64,000 nt of DNA. Origin: the human T2T-CHM13v2.0 reference genome, Homo sapiens. Where the stretch lies: NCBI RefSeq assembly GCF_009914755.1, contig NC_060927.1. The stretch is one strand, 5' to 3'. Positions within the stretch are counted from its first letter, which is position 1. Each line of letters begins with the position of its first letter. The position numbers and the translations under genes are program-made. Under the pieces are notes generated by a model, which saw only the letters and a program-made list of their open reading frames with translations, was not told where the DNA came from and ran no database searches. Positions 29,810-50,374 of the stretch are shown here, piece after piece.

Positions 29810-30790
29810 CAGATAGGATGTGAAGACAATTCTTGCAAAGTACAAAAAACACTAAACATGAAGGAAAAAAATTCATTGGACTACATTAAAATTAAGTTTC
29901 TGTTGATCAAATGACACCATGAAGGGAGTTAAGAAACAAATCACATACAAGAAAAATATATTTGCAAAATATGCAAAGGACTAGTATCCAGAATATATAA
30001 AACACCTTCAATAAATCAATCAGTAAAAGATTAATGCAATAAAAAAGTGGGTTCAAGACTAAAACAGCCTCTTTCTAAAAAGAATATCCAAAGAATCAAT
30101 AAACATATAAAAAGATGTTCAACTTAGTCATATGAGGAATACAAGTTAGAACCAAACAAGATATACACCTTATAGAATGTCTAAAATGAAAATGAAAAAT
30201 GTATTGGTGTGGATCTAGAGGAGATATATACACTGTTGATAAGAATCAAAATTGTAAAAACACTCTGGAATGCTATTTGGTAGTACCTATTAAAGTTAAA
30301 TATAAGCATGCTGAATGATCTAGCATTTCCACTTCTAGAAATGCATCCCACAGAAATGCACACATATGCATGCCAAAAACCATGTGTTAAGAATATCTGT
30401 AGTCATATTATTTATGATAGCCCCAAACATCCCCAAAGTCTATGAAAAATAAAGTGAACTTATAAATTGTGGTATATTTACAACAACATGAATAAATTGA
30501 ACTAATATTGCCAGGTACAAAACAATAATACTAAAATAACCCAAAATGAGAAAAGGTAATCTATGATGGTGGAAATTAGATAATGATTACCTGTGGGAAG
30601 AAGAAAGATCAAACTGACTGGGAGGTGGGGGATAGATATGAATGAGGCTTCTGGGGTGCTGGTAATATTTTATTTTGAGACTTGGGTGGTGATTACAGGG
30701 GGTACTTATTCTGTGATAACTCGTCTAGCTATATACTTCTTTGTATTTTTTTTGTATCTGTGTTGCACATCAGTAAAAGCGTTTATTTTT
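29810..30790 (+). mobile_element. Old L1ME 3' region (ORF2 end + 3'UTR)
   Basis: 'attggactacattaaaatta', 'ggactagtatccagaatatataa', 'gatctagcatttccacttctag', 'ggcttctggggtgctggtaata'. Confidence 0.75.
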
Positions 30791-33519
30791 AATAAGTGCA
30801 TGGAAGTAATTTGACCTCAGTTGTTATTTAATAATTCCACACGATTCTGCCATTCAAGGCTCACTTGCCAATATGGTTGTGTTTGCAGTGCTGACAGAAC
30901 TACAGAAAAAGAGAAGGTCCCTAGAGTTTGACCTGAGGCCACTTGGGACTGTTTGGCCTGCAGAGGGAAGGTAATGGTTAGCTATCAAATTAACGTCTAT
31001 ATTTTAAACCTTAACATATAAATTATGCAATATGGCTTAATGGCTTTCCTAAATCAAATGGCATGCAATGGCTTGAAAAAGATACGGATGTTGAATCTGT
31101 GTAAAATGCAAATTGCTTGACAGTGTTAAAATACATACAATTTTGCTGTGGCATGAAAAATGTCACCATTTCCCAGAACTAAATAGATGAAAGATGTATG
31201 TGATATCAGAGAAATAATTGGGCCCTGGTGGGACTGAGCTATGGACAAGGCAATCAGCCTGCTTCTTAAAATAATTTTCACGTCTCCAAGGTAACATCAC
31301 ATAATCAGTGTTGGTTTTTCCATAGCATGTTTAGTATAGCAAAAGTATAAACAGATTGTTCTGGTTTAAGATGAGACATTTAAAAATCTTAAATTGCTCT
31401 CTACTTCTTTAGCTACAAAATCAGAAATTATTAGAATAAAAAGACCGACTTCAGTGGCACATTACCGTTTGGGTCAAGTCATACTGCTCAGCATGAAACA
31501 CAAAGTTCTGCACCATCTGGTTCTTGCAAACTTCTCCATCATCCCACCTTCCTCTCTTCCCACTTGATCCTCTCCTAACCCATTTTATAGCCTAGCAGTT
31601 GCTAACTACTTTTAGTTCCTGCATATTTGCTCCTCCAAACTTCTAGGCTTTGTGCACACTCTTAACTTTCTGGACTGAAAAGCCCTTCCCTAATTATCTC
31701 CCTGGAAAATTCCCATTCATCCTTCAAAAACCACTTCAGTCTCAAAGATTAATCACACTTCATTATAACTGCAAACTATTTCTATGTTTTCATTATTGAT
31801 CTTATGACACTCTATTTCCCCTCTCTCCTGTGATATGTGGAATTCCTCGAAGATAGGGATAATATTTGATGAATTTCTCTATACCTTGTTCCAATGTCTG
31901 GAGCATAGAAAATGCTCAAGAAACAGGAAATGGAAAAATTTGCTCTACCACAAGCAATTTGCCAAATAAGAAATTCAAGTGGCCACCAAGAACATTTAAA
32001 ATTCTCCAATCTCATTATTATTTAAAAAACTGAAAGCTGAAATAATAATGTACATTATTTTGTTCCTTAAAGTTCCTTTAAAAGTTTCAATTTTTTTAAA
32101 ATTATAATTCACAGGCTAATGCACTCAGTGGATATTTGTTATCAAGTGCTTCTTTAACGTGTATTAACTTTGACCTATTATGTATGATTAGGTGTCTATT
32201 TTCAGGAAACAGTCCAATAATATGGGTCTATATTCAAGCATCAAGATATATTTATAGTGTTCTTTATAATAAAGCAAATGAAACTTAGGCAATGGGCCCA
32301 ATGGTAAGAAGATATTTACATAATGATGCTACTTCTTTACAATGGAACATTGTGCTTTGCAGAGTGTTTAATGACATGGGAAAATGCTTATAATATACAA
32401 TTACCCTAAAAGGTAGGATACCAAATACATATTATATACAGCATTAATTCAATTCCATAAAGAAAACTGCCTATTAAAAGGAAAATATACCAAAAATATA
32501 GCAGTGGTGGCTCTAGGGAATAAATATTTTTTCTGTTTCCTAGAGAAAGAGAGAAATTCTGTAATAGTCTAGTTATCAGGAGAAAAACTGATCTCCCTGT
32601 ACCCTCAATTGTGCTTTCTTGTATGTAAGTCAAGAACAAAAAAACCTCTTTTTTATTCAAGTAAACTCTAGATAGGACATGGCTGATTATAAATAATTTT
32701 GAAATTTAAAAAAAAATTTAACTAGTTTTATATTACTCTCCAGTGACTAGATAACTAAAATTTGTTGCTAAAAGGTAGCGCATTTCCAAGAGAAGGGAAG
32801 AAAGGGAATCCTCAAATGTTTCTTGCGAATTGGAACTAGGCAGCGGGCCAAACCCTCTCACATATTTCCTTAGTTAACCATCACGGCAATACTACAGAGA
32901 AGATATTATTATCCACAAGTTGGTGGCTTGTCCAAAGTCACTCTAGTGTGTGACAGGGTTGGATTTTGGTCCCGAAACTATCTGCCAAAGAAATTCACAT
33001 TTTTTATATTTGTGATTACCTCTTTAAGCAAAATAACAGTTCTGCACAGCCTGCTTTAATGGAGATAAAAATCGTTTGTATTGATTTATGCAATTTGCTT
33101 AAAGTTTTTAATTAAATAAATTAAGTTGGCTCTTAGGATCGTAATTTACACAAACAGCAAGAAACAAACACCTTGAAAGCAGTGTTACAGGTGTTAGGAG
33201 TTTTCATCCTGATCCCAGCACCAGGTCAGAAGCAACTGTAGGAGCTCAGTAAGAGCTTGCTGAATTGAATTAATTAGATTCTTCAGCAGGAACTTAAATC
33301 TTTCCAAGACCAAGTTATCCCAAATTTCAAATTAGGTCAAACTAAATAAATGAGGTTTCACTGTGTTTCCTCACGTACACTTTTGTATGCACTTTTCCTA
33401 ACCTTGAGAGTTAGTAGGTTTTACTGTCAGAAGACATGTCTCCCTTAAGATTTCAGTGCAGAGATTAAAACCCTTCTTTTTCTATTTTTCTATTTAAACC
33501 CCCTCTATTTCTATTTTTC

Positions 33520-33561
33520 TGTATTTTTCATAGATCTTTTTCTAGATCTATGAAAAATACA
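33520..33561. repeat. Perfect 18-bp inverted repeat with 6-nt spacer
   Basis: tgtatttttcatagatct-ttttct-agatctatgaaaaataca. Confidence 0.95.
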
Positions 33562-34074
33562 TCTTATTTTAGCAGCAAAGATTAAGGGCTATTGCCTTCT
33601 GTCTCTTCTAGAAACACTTCATTGATTTTGTGGCCATTACCACAAACGTTATCTTGTCAGGGGCCCCCCAGAACTGACGAAGATTTCAAAGAAACAATTC
33701 TAGATAAATGTGAGCTTTGAGTAATTGCCTCTTTGAGTCAGTTTTGGGTTCTGTGCTGCTTTTGATGAAGATTATTAAAATTAAAGCATTGCTGAAGATA
33801 AGATTTGGTGGCCAAGTTCTCTTCAGAATCATTAGTTACTTCATTTCTCTAGGAAAACAAAGCTTTAAGGAATATTTCTAAATGGGAAAGGGGAAATGGC
33901 ATGTTTTGAGCTTCCACTCTGAACTGGGCACTGTGCATACATTATTGCATCTGGAATTACAAAAACCCCTATGAGGTAGACACCCCTTTTCTCACATTGC
34001 AGATAAATAAATAGATTCTAAATGTTAAAACAATCACTCAAGGATTCACAGCTGATAAAAGGTTGAACAGGGTT

Positions 34075-34585
34075 TCTGAGAGGTTTCTTTGTTCTTAGAT
34101 ACCTTCTCTGCCTCTCCCTGTCCTGCTCTCCATTGTAGGAACTATAATTCCCAGGTTCCTTTGTGGGTTCCAAGGGGTAGGAGGGTTGGGACCTAGAGGA
34201 GACTGGAGGCAAGAAGACAAGATAAGCTATTCCTCCCACTTTTTGCTTTGCCTGGGCTAACCTTTCCAGAAGCAGCTCCAGCTGCTTCCTGGCTCCAGGT
34301 CTAATTGGTCTAGCTATAGTTCTAGCTCCCATTAGATGGTCTCAGCTTCAGGGCTCTGATAATCCACCTCCTTCTTGCCGCATATGCCTAGAACTTATCA
34401 TAGCTCCTTGTTCTTGATAATCTCTGAATTGCCCATACCTGCCTTCTTTTCCATCAGCTCCCTCAGCCCTTTCATCAATGGTGTAAACAATTTTCTGCAT
34501 TACAATAATTTAGAATTAAAAATAGGTAAGAAAAAAGAAAACACCTTGACTGGTTTCTCTGTTCTGACTGATCCTGACTGATAAA
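34075..34585 (+). mobile_element. LTR33-like (ERVL) solo LTR
   Basis: 'ctctccctgtcctgctctc...cccaggttcctttg...ggagactggaggcaagaag...gataatctctgaattgcc...tggtttctctgttctgactgatcctgactgata'. Confidence 0.65.
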
Positions 34586-35391
34586 GATTCAGATACAAGT
34601 CTGTTTGATTCTCATGCCTAGCCCTTTCTATTGGTTCATGATAGCACACTGCCAAAAAAATGGTGATAGGTTTTTTAAAGCATGAATGTGTACTCACACT
34701 TTAACATATGACAGGAATTTCTGTCTCTGACTCCATTTCATGTGTCCCCTAACCACATGGTGTCTTGTCACTTGATGCATTTCTTTTCTTCTTCTTTTCT
34801 TTTTTTGAACTGGAAACTATTATTAATACAGCTATGTTCAAAACATGTTTGTGTATAAGTTAGTTCCTGTGGCGTGGGCTAAATTTTGGCAGAGAAGCAT
34901 AGCAGTCCAAAATGTATGCCACAAAATCATGGATTTTAGTGTTTTATTAAGATTCATTTCCCTTTGGCCACCAGTCCTATAATTTGTCATACTGTCAGCT
35001 GCTGAACCTGAAGCTTTTGCTACATATTGTGAAAAGGAAGAAGACTCAACATTCATAATTGTCTGACCCACACGCAGTCTAAAACTATTTTCTCCAAGCT
35101 ATAGAAAACTTTCAGGTATGTAAAGCTGCTCCAGTTTCCTGAAACAGATGGGATATTATAACCAACTTGTTAAATAAGCTGGACTCATGGGGGTACCAGT
35201 AAAAACCAACCTTATTTTTCCCCCTTTTCCTTCAAAATCACTCACCAGTCTGATTGTTCCCCACTCTTAGGACAATATGTCCTGCAAGTCCCATAGCTTT
35301 TTTAGTCACTCTTCTATGATAGAAAGATGCTTCCTTTACTTTTGTACTAAAAAGCCCAATCTGCTCCACTCTAATCATCACAAAATGCTTC

Positions 35392-36890
<1,499 letters not shown>

Positions 36891-39032
36891 CACCTCTCGC
36901 AAAATGTTCCTGTTAAAGTTTTCTTCCCTCCAACTACAGGCCTTTTCCAAGACTGAGCTGGGCAAGGAGGAGTGGGAAGGTGGCAGAAAAAATCTTCCTC
37001 AACCATCATGTACAACATTTGGTACAACATTTTATGATGCATTTTCAAAAAGAAATCATCAGAGGGTAGAAGATGATAAACAGAGAAACCAGTCAAGAAG
37101 TTATTTCAATAACTATGTGAAGAACTAAGGAATATGGGTAGGACAGAAAAAAGTGAACAGGATGGTGAAGGTTTCAGGCAGTAAATTCTCTGGGACTTGG
37201 TGATTAATTGGATGTAAGAATGAAGGAGCGGGAAATGTCACGATGATTTCATGTCTGACTTAGAAGTCTGGGTAGATATTGGTGACACTGAGATAAGGGG
37301 CATATGGAAAGTGTACAATTTTGGAGAAAGGGGAATAAGAGATTCAATTTCAGCCATACTAAAAGCTCATGCCTACCAGATATTAAGTAGAAACTGGATA
37401 AAGTGTCTATATAATTTAAGTACAGATGATTTTTTAAATGTGAAATGGAGTATATGAGAATATGCTCATATACTCTAGGGTACTCCTATATACACATAGA
37501 GTATGTGAGAAAATTAGTGTGTACACTAATATGGCCAAAGGCCTGAATTTTGCATTGAACCAAACTAAAGGACCAACAAACACAGAGTGCCTTTGTTTTC
37601 CACTCCTGATGGAAGACACACCCTTGACACAAAACAACACATGCCATTCGTAAAACGTTGTCTTTATGGGACTGGGGGAAAAGGAAGTGGGCTGGTTTGT
37701 ACAATATTCTGTTGTGAAAATGATGTATGGTGGTCTACCCACGGTTATAACTATTGAACACTGATACAAAGTTTCATGCCCCTCTGTAATTCAAACCTTT
37801 GCATAAACCTGACACCTTCTCTTTGTAAATTCCACCCACTGCAACCTCATCTCCCCCAACTGACTCCCGACGATAACAGTATGTATTTAGGGCAACATGT
37901 CTTCAAGACAACAGAAGTTTTGGGGGTTTTAGGGCCAGTGAAACCACAGGGAGGCTGAGCTGGAGACAGTTTTGCATCATGAATCATTACCAAAATTGTG
38001 AGCTGAATTCTGATTGCAAAACCTTTATTACTGTGATGTTACAATAATCCAAAAGAACACAGCTGGATTTTCAGATGACAGGTGGAGCATACAATTTCTG
38101 GCTGAAGACAACTCAATTTTGCAGTTATAAATTGTGTAAATTTGACGTGGACATCACCGAAAGGGGATATGTGTGGAACCCCACAAGGTTATTATTACAG
38201 TGACTCTTTCTGGCAGTAGACTCACTTTTGATTAGAATTTAGGAACATATGGAAACCCTCTATAGGGGGTCATCCCCAAACAGAAACTTTCTGAAATTTA
38301 ATTAGCTTAAATTTACTGAAAGCTTGGGTTTTAATTTTATGGTAAACAACAGCAGCATCAAAACTCTCTATAATTTGGCTGCAGCCTCCATTTCCAATCT
38401 TAGCTTTGTACTTTCCTTCCTCAAATTCACACTTCAACCAAAGTGTTCTATCTACTGCCCTCTGACCCTGGAGGGCATTTTTCTCACCCTGCTCTGTCTT
38501 TTCTCCTCTCCTGTGCCTTTTGAAATCCAGCTCAATGTCCAGATTCTTCCATAAAACCCTTCTTGACCCCTATATCTTAAAGTGATTTTTACCTCTTCTG
38601 AATTTCTACAGCAAATAGCACAAATATGGGAAAGCTTTTTAAACTTGAAGTTTTTTAAACATTAAGCAAATATTTGAAATATTATGACAATATCTCATAA
38701 TTGGATTGGAAAGTGTTTTCAGTTGATGAACTTTTATTCACCCTACATTTTTGGGTCTATCAAGACTACCCTCAGCTTTTATGATGTGCTGGAAGAACTC
38801 ACAGAACCCAGAAAAGTGTTATAGTCATGGTTGTGGCTTTCTGAAGTGAAAAGATACAAATCAGCAAAAGCAAAAGACACATAGGGCAGAGTCCAGGAGA
38901 AACCAGGTATGAGAGTCTATTTATTCTCTACCAGTGGAGTAGTATAGACAGTACTTAATTCTCCCAGCAACAATGTATGACAACCTATGCAATATATTGC
39001 CAAACAGAGAAGCTCACTAGAGCCTTAGTAGC

Positions 39033-39799
<767 letters not shown>

Positions 39800-40016
39800 G
39801 TATCAAAGGGATTTTTTGGTGTGGTCAGTCACTGAGGTATGGAGTCCCTACATGCACCTACATGACTGAATAGCTAGAGTCAATCATGTAGGTGCTGCAC
39901 TCCATACCCACCTGACTCACCCTAGGTATTCAGTCTCCAATTTTCTCCCCACTTCCAGAGGTCAAACTGATAAACAGTGGGCCCCAGGGTCAAAGGAGGG
40001 AAAAAAAAAAAAAAAA

Positions 40017-43887
<3,871 letters not shown>

Positions 43888-44900
43888 CAGATATTCATCA
43901 CAAATCTCATTGTTAGCATAAACTCTCTGGTGTGGTTCAAGGTCTCCTGTATATAAAGACACTCTTATCAGACAAGATAGTCCAAAGCCTCAGAGTTTAT
44001 CTTCCAGGAACCAGTTGAGGGACAGTGTTTTCTTTAAAATGTGAAGGGTTGGAGTACCACAAGCCTGCTGACTTAACCCCTTTAATGCCTCCATTGTGTC
44101 ATGATATTTAACTGTCCAACCATATTTTATGATCCTTGGGTATCAGTGTAGAGCATGGCTGACACTGATTTTTTATTTTTATTTTTAGTTATTATGCAAT
44201 ATATATTTGAGTTATTTTTTATTTTTAGTTATTTTTAGTTATGCAATATATGAGTTATTTGCATTATTATGTGTCTTCTATTCATCATACGTCATATACT
44301 AAATACATTGTTCAACTTTTGTTATAGTTTTTCTCTGCAGAGTAACATAAAGAATATCAATTCTTGGCCAAATTCTCATCTGTGTTACAGTGACATATTT
44401 TCATAGATATTTCATCTAAGATTGTGCAGCTAGAGCTATAGAGTGACATTTTTGAAGAGAAAGTGGGGATATGAAATATGTACAATGCCCATTTGCACTG
44501 TGAAACTAGAAAAAATAAATTTGAAACCTCAGCTGTTTCTGAGGCCTGATGAGTCCCCCAACTATTTTGAATAAATTAACTTATTAGGTTGAATGTTGCA
44601 TATGTTTTGTGTCAAGTGGAAATGTGTAAAACAAAAAACTCACTCCCATTTTAAGCAGCCAATTAATATTTTTAAAGTAAGAAGAAACCCAGAATGAGCA
44701 GTTTTGTAGATATAAATATACAATACACCTTGACTATCAAACCAGTATCAAAGCTGAAGAGCGTCTGGAGTGAAGAGCAGACTAGTGTCATGATACAAGC
44801 ATGGGACTCAGTGTCAGGACTCCTGCTATGGCAGGGACGATGTTGTGTGTTCACATCTGTAGGAAGAAGACCACATTTTCCCTGCTGTCCTGATAGTTAA

Positions 44901-45203
<303 letters not shown>

Positions 45204-45204
45204 T

Positions 45205-45412
45205 AATTCTTTCCAGTAGAAGCTAATGCATCACTTCCATCTGAGGCAGTTTAAAGCAGGTGGAGAATAAATACCCATGTTCCATAGGGTAGGACTGCCT
45301 GACCCCTACTAGACTTCATAAAGAAACAAACAAACCTTTGTTGTATTAAAGCCACCGAGATGTCAGGCTGTTTGTTACTGCAGCCTGGCTTATCCTAGCC
45401 TGGCTGTTGTAC
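45205..45412 (+). mobile_element. MLT1 LTR 3' fragment
   Basis: 'aaacctttgttgtattaaagccaccgagatgtcaggctgtttgttactgcagc...ctagcctggctg'. Confidence 0.55.
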
Positions 45413-48400
45413 CTGGGTCATACCTCCAACTCTCCTGTTAGCGGTATAACCAAAGGCACGATACTTTGGCTCTTTAGCTTTTAGTTTACTGAAATTAAAA
45501 ATGCAGTTTAGGCTAGTTCTCTGTACATTTCCTCTTAACTATAAACGCTCATGCAGTTGGTTAAAAGCAGGAGCCCTGTAGGTTTTTTTCCAGGATATGT
45601 CGCTTATTGTCTGTGATGTTAACCTCAATTTTCCTTATCTATAAAGTAAGGATATTAATACCCGATACAGAGCATCATTTTTAAAATTACACACAAATTA
45701 CATTTTCCTGGCATATTAAAAGAGTTCTAAAAGCGAAAAATAATTATATCCATGATAATAAGTATGCTGTTAAAAAAAGTTCACAGATGAACCATAAATT
45801 TTGTTTTCTAAACATCCTTGACTCAACAATGGCATTGCTAATTGAAGTAAGTGCCTATTTACATCTCTCATTCTTAAACTTTTTCCTAACAAAGAAAAGG
45901 TAAAAAAGTTGGCCCTTACATTATGGTCCTGCAGTCTTGTTTGTGACAACAAAACATAATAAAACATAGTTCACCATAGTTCATGAAACTCTCAGAGCAT
46001 GAAGCAAAAAGCAAAGAGTGCTCTGCGAAGGTGTTCCATAGTGTCAGCACTGACTTTGATGATAAAGAAAGAAAGAAAAAAAAAAAGTGTTATATTTCCC
46101 CAGAGTGCTACTCCCAACTGTGAGACAAAGTCATTTTGAATTTCCTTGAATCTGTATCTAAAAGTGCCTGTTTTCTATCTGAAGAGGATGCTTATTGTAT
46201 CTTTGAGGCAAACAGATAAATATTTACATAAAAATTGTGTATTACAACTACTTTCAAAAACATTTGAATGATGAATAGACAGTGTGCAAGGTGATCTGTG
46301 GTCTACTGGGCATTGTTGCCAGCCCCTCTCCACACTGCCTCTACATCACAGTAAAAAGTCAGAAAAGTCAGAACTGTGTTTCCCAGAATCCTGAACCATC
46401 TGAGTAAAATTCTGATGAAGAGAAGCACTACGGCTTATTTGGAAGGTGAAAGGGAAGAAGCCAGTAGTCTCTAGTGGCAGCATGAGCAGATGCAGGAAGC
46501 TAGCAGAGGCCTCTGGACAAACTTCTGAGAATCATTCACTATGAGACCCCAGTGGACATACTTATTCATATCTATTTTTCAAACTGAAACTTGACGAATA
46601 TAGGTGGTATTAGTAATATAGGGAAGTACCTAAGATTTTCCTAGTACTATTTACAACAGTAGATTAGGAATAAAAAAATTAAAACCTATTAAAAGATCAG
46701 CAAATTTTTTAATCGTTCTCTTAAAATGTATTTCAAATTGTACTCAAGAACTTTTATTACAATTTAATTCTCTTTCAATGATATATGACATTCTTTATCT
46801 TTCTTTCTCTTTAAGCCTAGTGTTATTTTTGTACTATTATAAAATCTCATAAAATGAAACTGGAAATAATGAATACCCACCAACAGGAAATTTAAATTAT
46901 CTTTTACAATTGTATTTGACCTGTCTTTACAGATTCTTAAAGGTCCTTTAGTAGAGATGGGATATCATGGAGACTAATTTTTCGAGTATTTTCCCAAGGT
47001 CCCTTAGATCTTCGAATTAAATCAAGAAACATGTATTGAGCACCTATATTATCTGTGTACTCTAGAAACTTAAAATGCAGTTGGCAAGACAAATACAATC
47101 AAAGAAATGTAGGAAACAATAACATAGATTTAACTAATACTTTAAGGCAACAGTAGACGAAGTGTTGCAAAGTAATGGATGATTCATTGCTCACATTATT
47201 TACCAAAAGACTCAGAGAAGCTGTATAATCCTCCCATGAACACTTCCCCAGCCTTAATATCATCAGCTCTAAATATCTGATGGCCTATTTTTAAAAATTC
47301 TGTTCAGTATTTTGGCACAGGATACCAAAGCCCATCATGCTGGAAGATGCAAAGGCTTATAGCATAATTGTTAGTTAATGACATAATCAATTTTTTCTTG
47401 CCCAGCTTTCCTCCCTTTCCGCACCTTTTTCATTAAGGTGAACTGCAGGATCTCCAGTTCTTATTTAGTTGTTAATTACAGGCAAAGAAAGGACAGGAAG
47501 GAAACCTCAGTTATAAACATAGAAGGAAATTAATTTGATTACATTAGTTTGAGTGTCTTATAGTTCATGAGAAACCATGACTGAGGAGCCATTCTAAAAA
47601 TTATCTTCAGCTGGTGTGAGATGTTACTAGGAAAGGTCTCCAGGCTTGACAATGAGCTATATATCAATGACAAATTAAGTCAAGATTGTTCAAGACCCAG
47701 AAACCACCTACCTGTTAATATCCTCTTTTGTGGTTAATTCCTCTTTTACCTTTCATGCTTCTATTTTGGACTTTGGTGGTGAGCCTTGACTTTATGGACA
47801 AAACTTCACCCATTAGTGGACTGCGGACACCACTCTCATTACATCATAGTCTGAGAGAAAGGGTCAAATTAAAAGAGGAGGAAAATAAAGAAGGCTGCAA
47901 AATCTGCTCTGGTTACACCAACTCACTTGACCTCCCTTTTTCCATATACTCAAGGCATTTTTTATCTATTATCTATCATATATCTATTTATCTCTTTTAA
48001 ACCTTAATGATAGGAAGTATGCTTATAATTGAGTATAGGACAAGCATGTAAGTCCCTTGAGATCTCCCCAGTTCTGTATTCCTTCCACTTGCTAGTTCTA
48101 TTCTTAAGTTCCAAAATTAATCCAAATTTCAGGAAGGAGGGAATTTAACTCAATGCCAACCCTCTGGGGCTTGCTATCTGGGAAGTAAATAGTTAAAATA
48201 GAAGATTTTCAAGTCATTCTCTCCCATCTACAGGACACCTCCAGGGGGAAAAGGACAAAAGCTGACCTGGTCAAATAGCCATGTAAATAAGCTAAGGATA
48301 ATACCTCATAGCAGACAAAATAATGAGTATTTGCTAACAGCAGTCCTCATCTATAGCAGGATATACCTGCTATAAGACTATTTACGGTAAGCATACCTGG

Positions 48401-50374
48401 AATCTATGGATTTACAGACATGGGATCCCGGAAAATGTCATATAAAGTATGTAACTGAGTATAAAGTAGAGATGTTTCATGATCCAAACAGCTGTTCCTC
48501 CATAAATTTCTTAATTGCATAACTCATTAGAGATCTTATATATTAATCTGGGCCCTGAGCCCATCCTGATGCAGCAAGAAAAGAACCTTGTAAGGTTCAC
48601 TGACTATTCCAGATTTCTCCTGCTTCACTATGACTCATGATAATTTGTATCCCTGAAATCATGAATAAAGCTTGTTCCTAGGCAAAATCTCAGATTCATG
48701 TGGGTCTTTATAACCCAATTCTTTGTATTATGTCACCACCCAATCATACTTATCACTTTTTTAACTGCAGTCTTGGTCCCTCCTTGAAGAAAAATCTTCT
48801 ACTTAATTCTCAGGATTTAGTCCCTTCTCTATATTCCAGTTCTGCTAACTAGCTCTCCTGTTCTCTGTTGGCTGAAACTCTTAATGAACATGTTGAGGAT
48901 CTCAGACTGTGTAGGACTAAGGCCTGCATTTTTCATGCCCATCTCTACCAGGGACCTGAGTCTTGTCTTGAGGCCTAGTACAATGACTGTTGACTTTTGT
49001 GTCTGTGGAAAGATCTGACTGGCTTGAATTACAGGCTTGGCTCTAAACATAGCATCCATTCCCAGAGTTTGTAGGCTCTGCCCTCTCTTTTGTATCCCAA
49101 GTTTTACCCACATCGAATCCCTTATACATTGCATTCTCCAGAGGACTTTGGAGAACTGTGGTGCCACGTTCTGGTGTCTCCTCAACAGCTGTGGATGGCC
49201 TTCTCTCTACCTCACTGCTAAGAGTAATTTTAGGTTTGTCCTTTCTTATTCTGCCTCTGCCATGCCCTAATATGGGACACAGACTGTATCTAATCATTAA
49301 TTAATATCTCAACTCATTCATAAAACACAATACTCAATAATTGTCTGTGCACAGACAGCAGATAAAGAATCCATATAATGACTATAAATTACTTACTTAT
49401 ACTCTGTGTGCATCAGGCACAGTGTAAGAACATTGTTGTACACAATTTTAAATCTTCAACAAATATATTGAAAATGCACCATCATTTTAGTAACGAAGAA
49501 AATGAGACTTACAAACATAGTTTTATTCAACTGCATATTGAGAATTCAACAGAAACAAGCAATGATCTGATTTAGGGCATAAAGAAAGATGCTGCAGTGC
49601 TCCTGGAGTCCAGCAGCAATAGAGAAAAGAAAAGCATGTGACAGAAATCATGTCATATCAATTTTTTTCCTACTTCATCTAAATTCATTGTGAAGAGCTT
49701 CTCACCATTGTTCAAACTGCTTTGTTTTCTCTTCACTTTTTTGTAAGACATAACGAAAAAAATTAATTTAATCATTGGCTACGTGGTTTTCATTTGGAAG
49801 GTACAAATTAGACGTCACATAGCTCAAGACCCACCTTAAGAAAATTATTTACATTTATTTACCCTGTAGTCCTTTCAGTAATGGGTTTTTGCACTTCTAC
49901 GCATAACCTAATTCATAGGCTACTCAAGTGAGAAGTTTTATTTTTACACTTAGCCACTGAAGAGAGAGCAAACTTGACAGAACTATCTTTAAAAATGAAA
50001 ATGAAAATGTACTGATCATTAGTCAAACAAAAACATGACCTTTTAAGCAGACAAATGTAGAAATACATCTACCCAAATCCTTCTGGGGCCTTCAGCAACC
50101 TCAGAAGATTACTTATGTCCCTAGACAACATATTTTTGCACCAGATCTTAATCCTCTGAATGATCTCTGTCTGTATTTCAGTGCCCAGGAAATACACAGT
50201 AGGTGCTTATTAAATGTTTCTTAAAAAATACTTTTCAACTAAATTTAAAACATATCTTTTGCCTGCAGAAGAGGAAAGGAAAAGGGTGGAACAGTCAGAG
50301 CAGCAATAAAGGTAAGAAATGAACTCTTATAATTTCTCTTTTATTCTGAGTTCCTGTATCAACTATTAGGAACA

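Noticed and set aside
44171-44260. Short tandem duplications (also ~15634-15679, ~26317-26358, ~57896-57958)
   Set aside because: Two-copy slippage duplications with no repeat-spacer architecture; not CRISPR-like.
48352-48374. 9-bp inverted repeat (and 8-10-bp ones at ~52200 and ~57963)
   Set aside because: Short enough to arise by chance or local slippage in AT-rich DNA.
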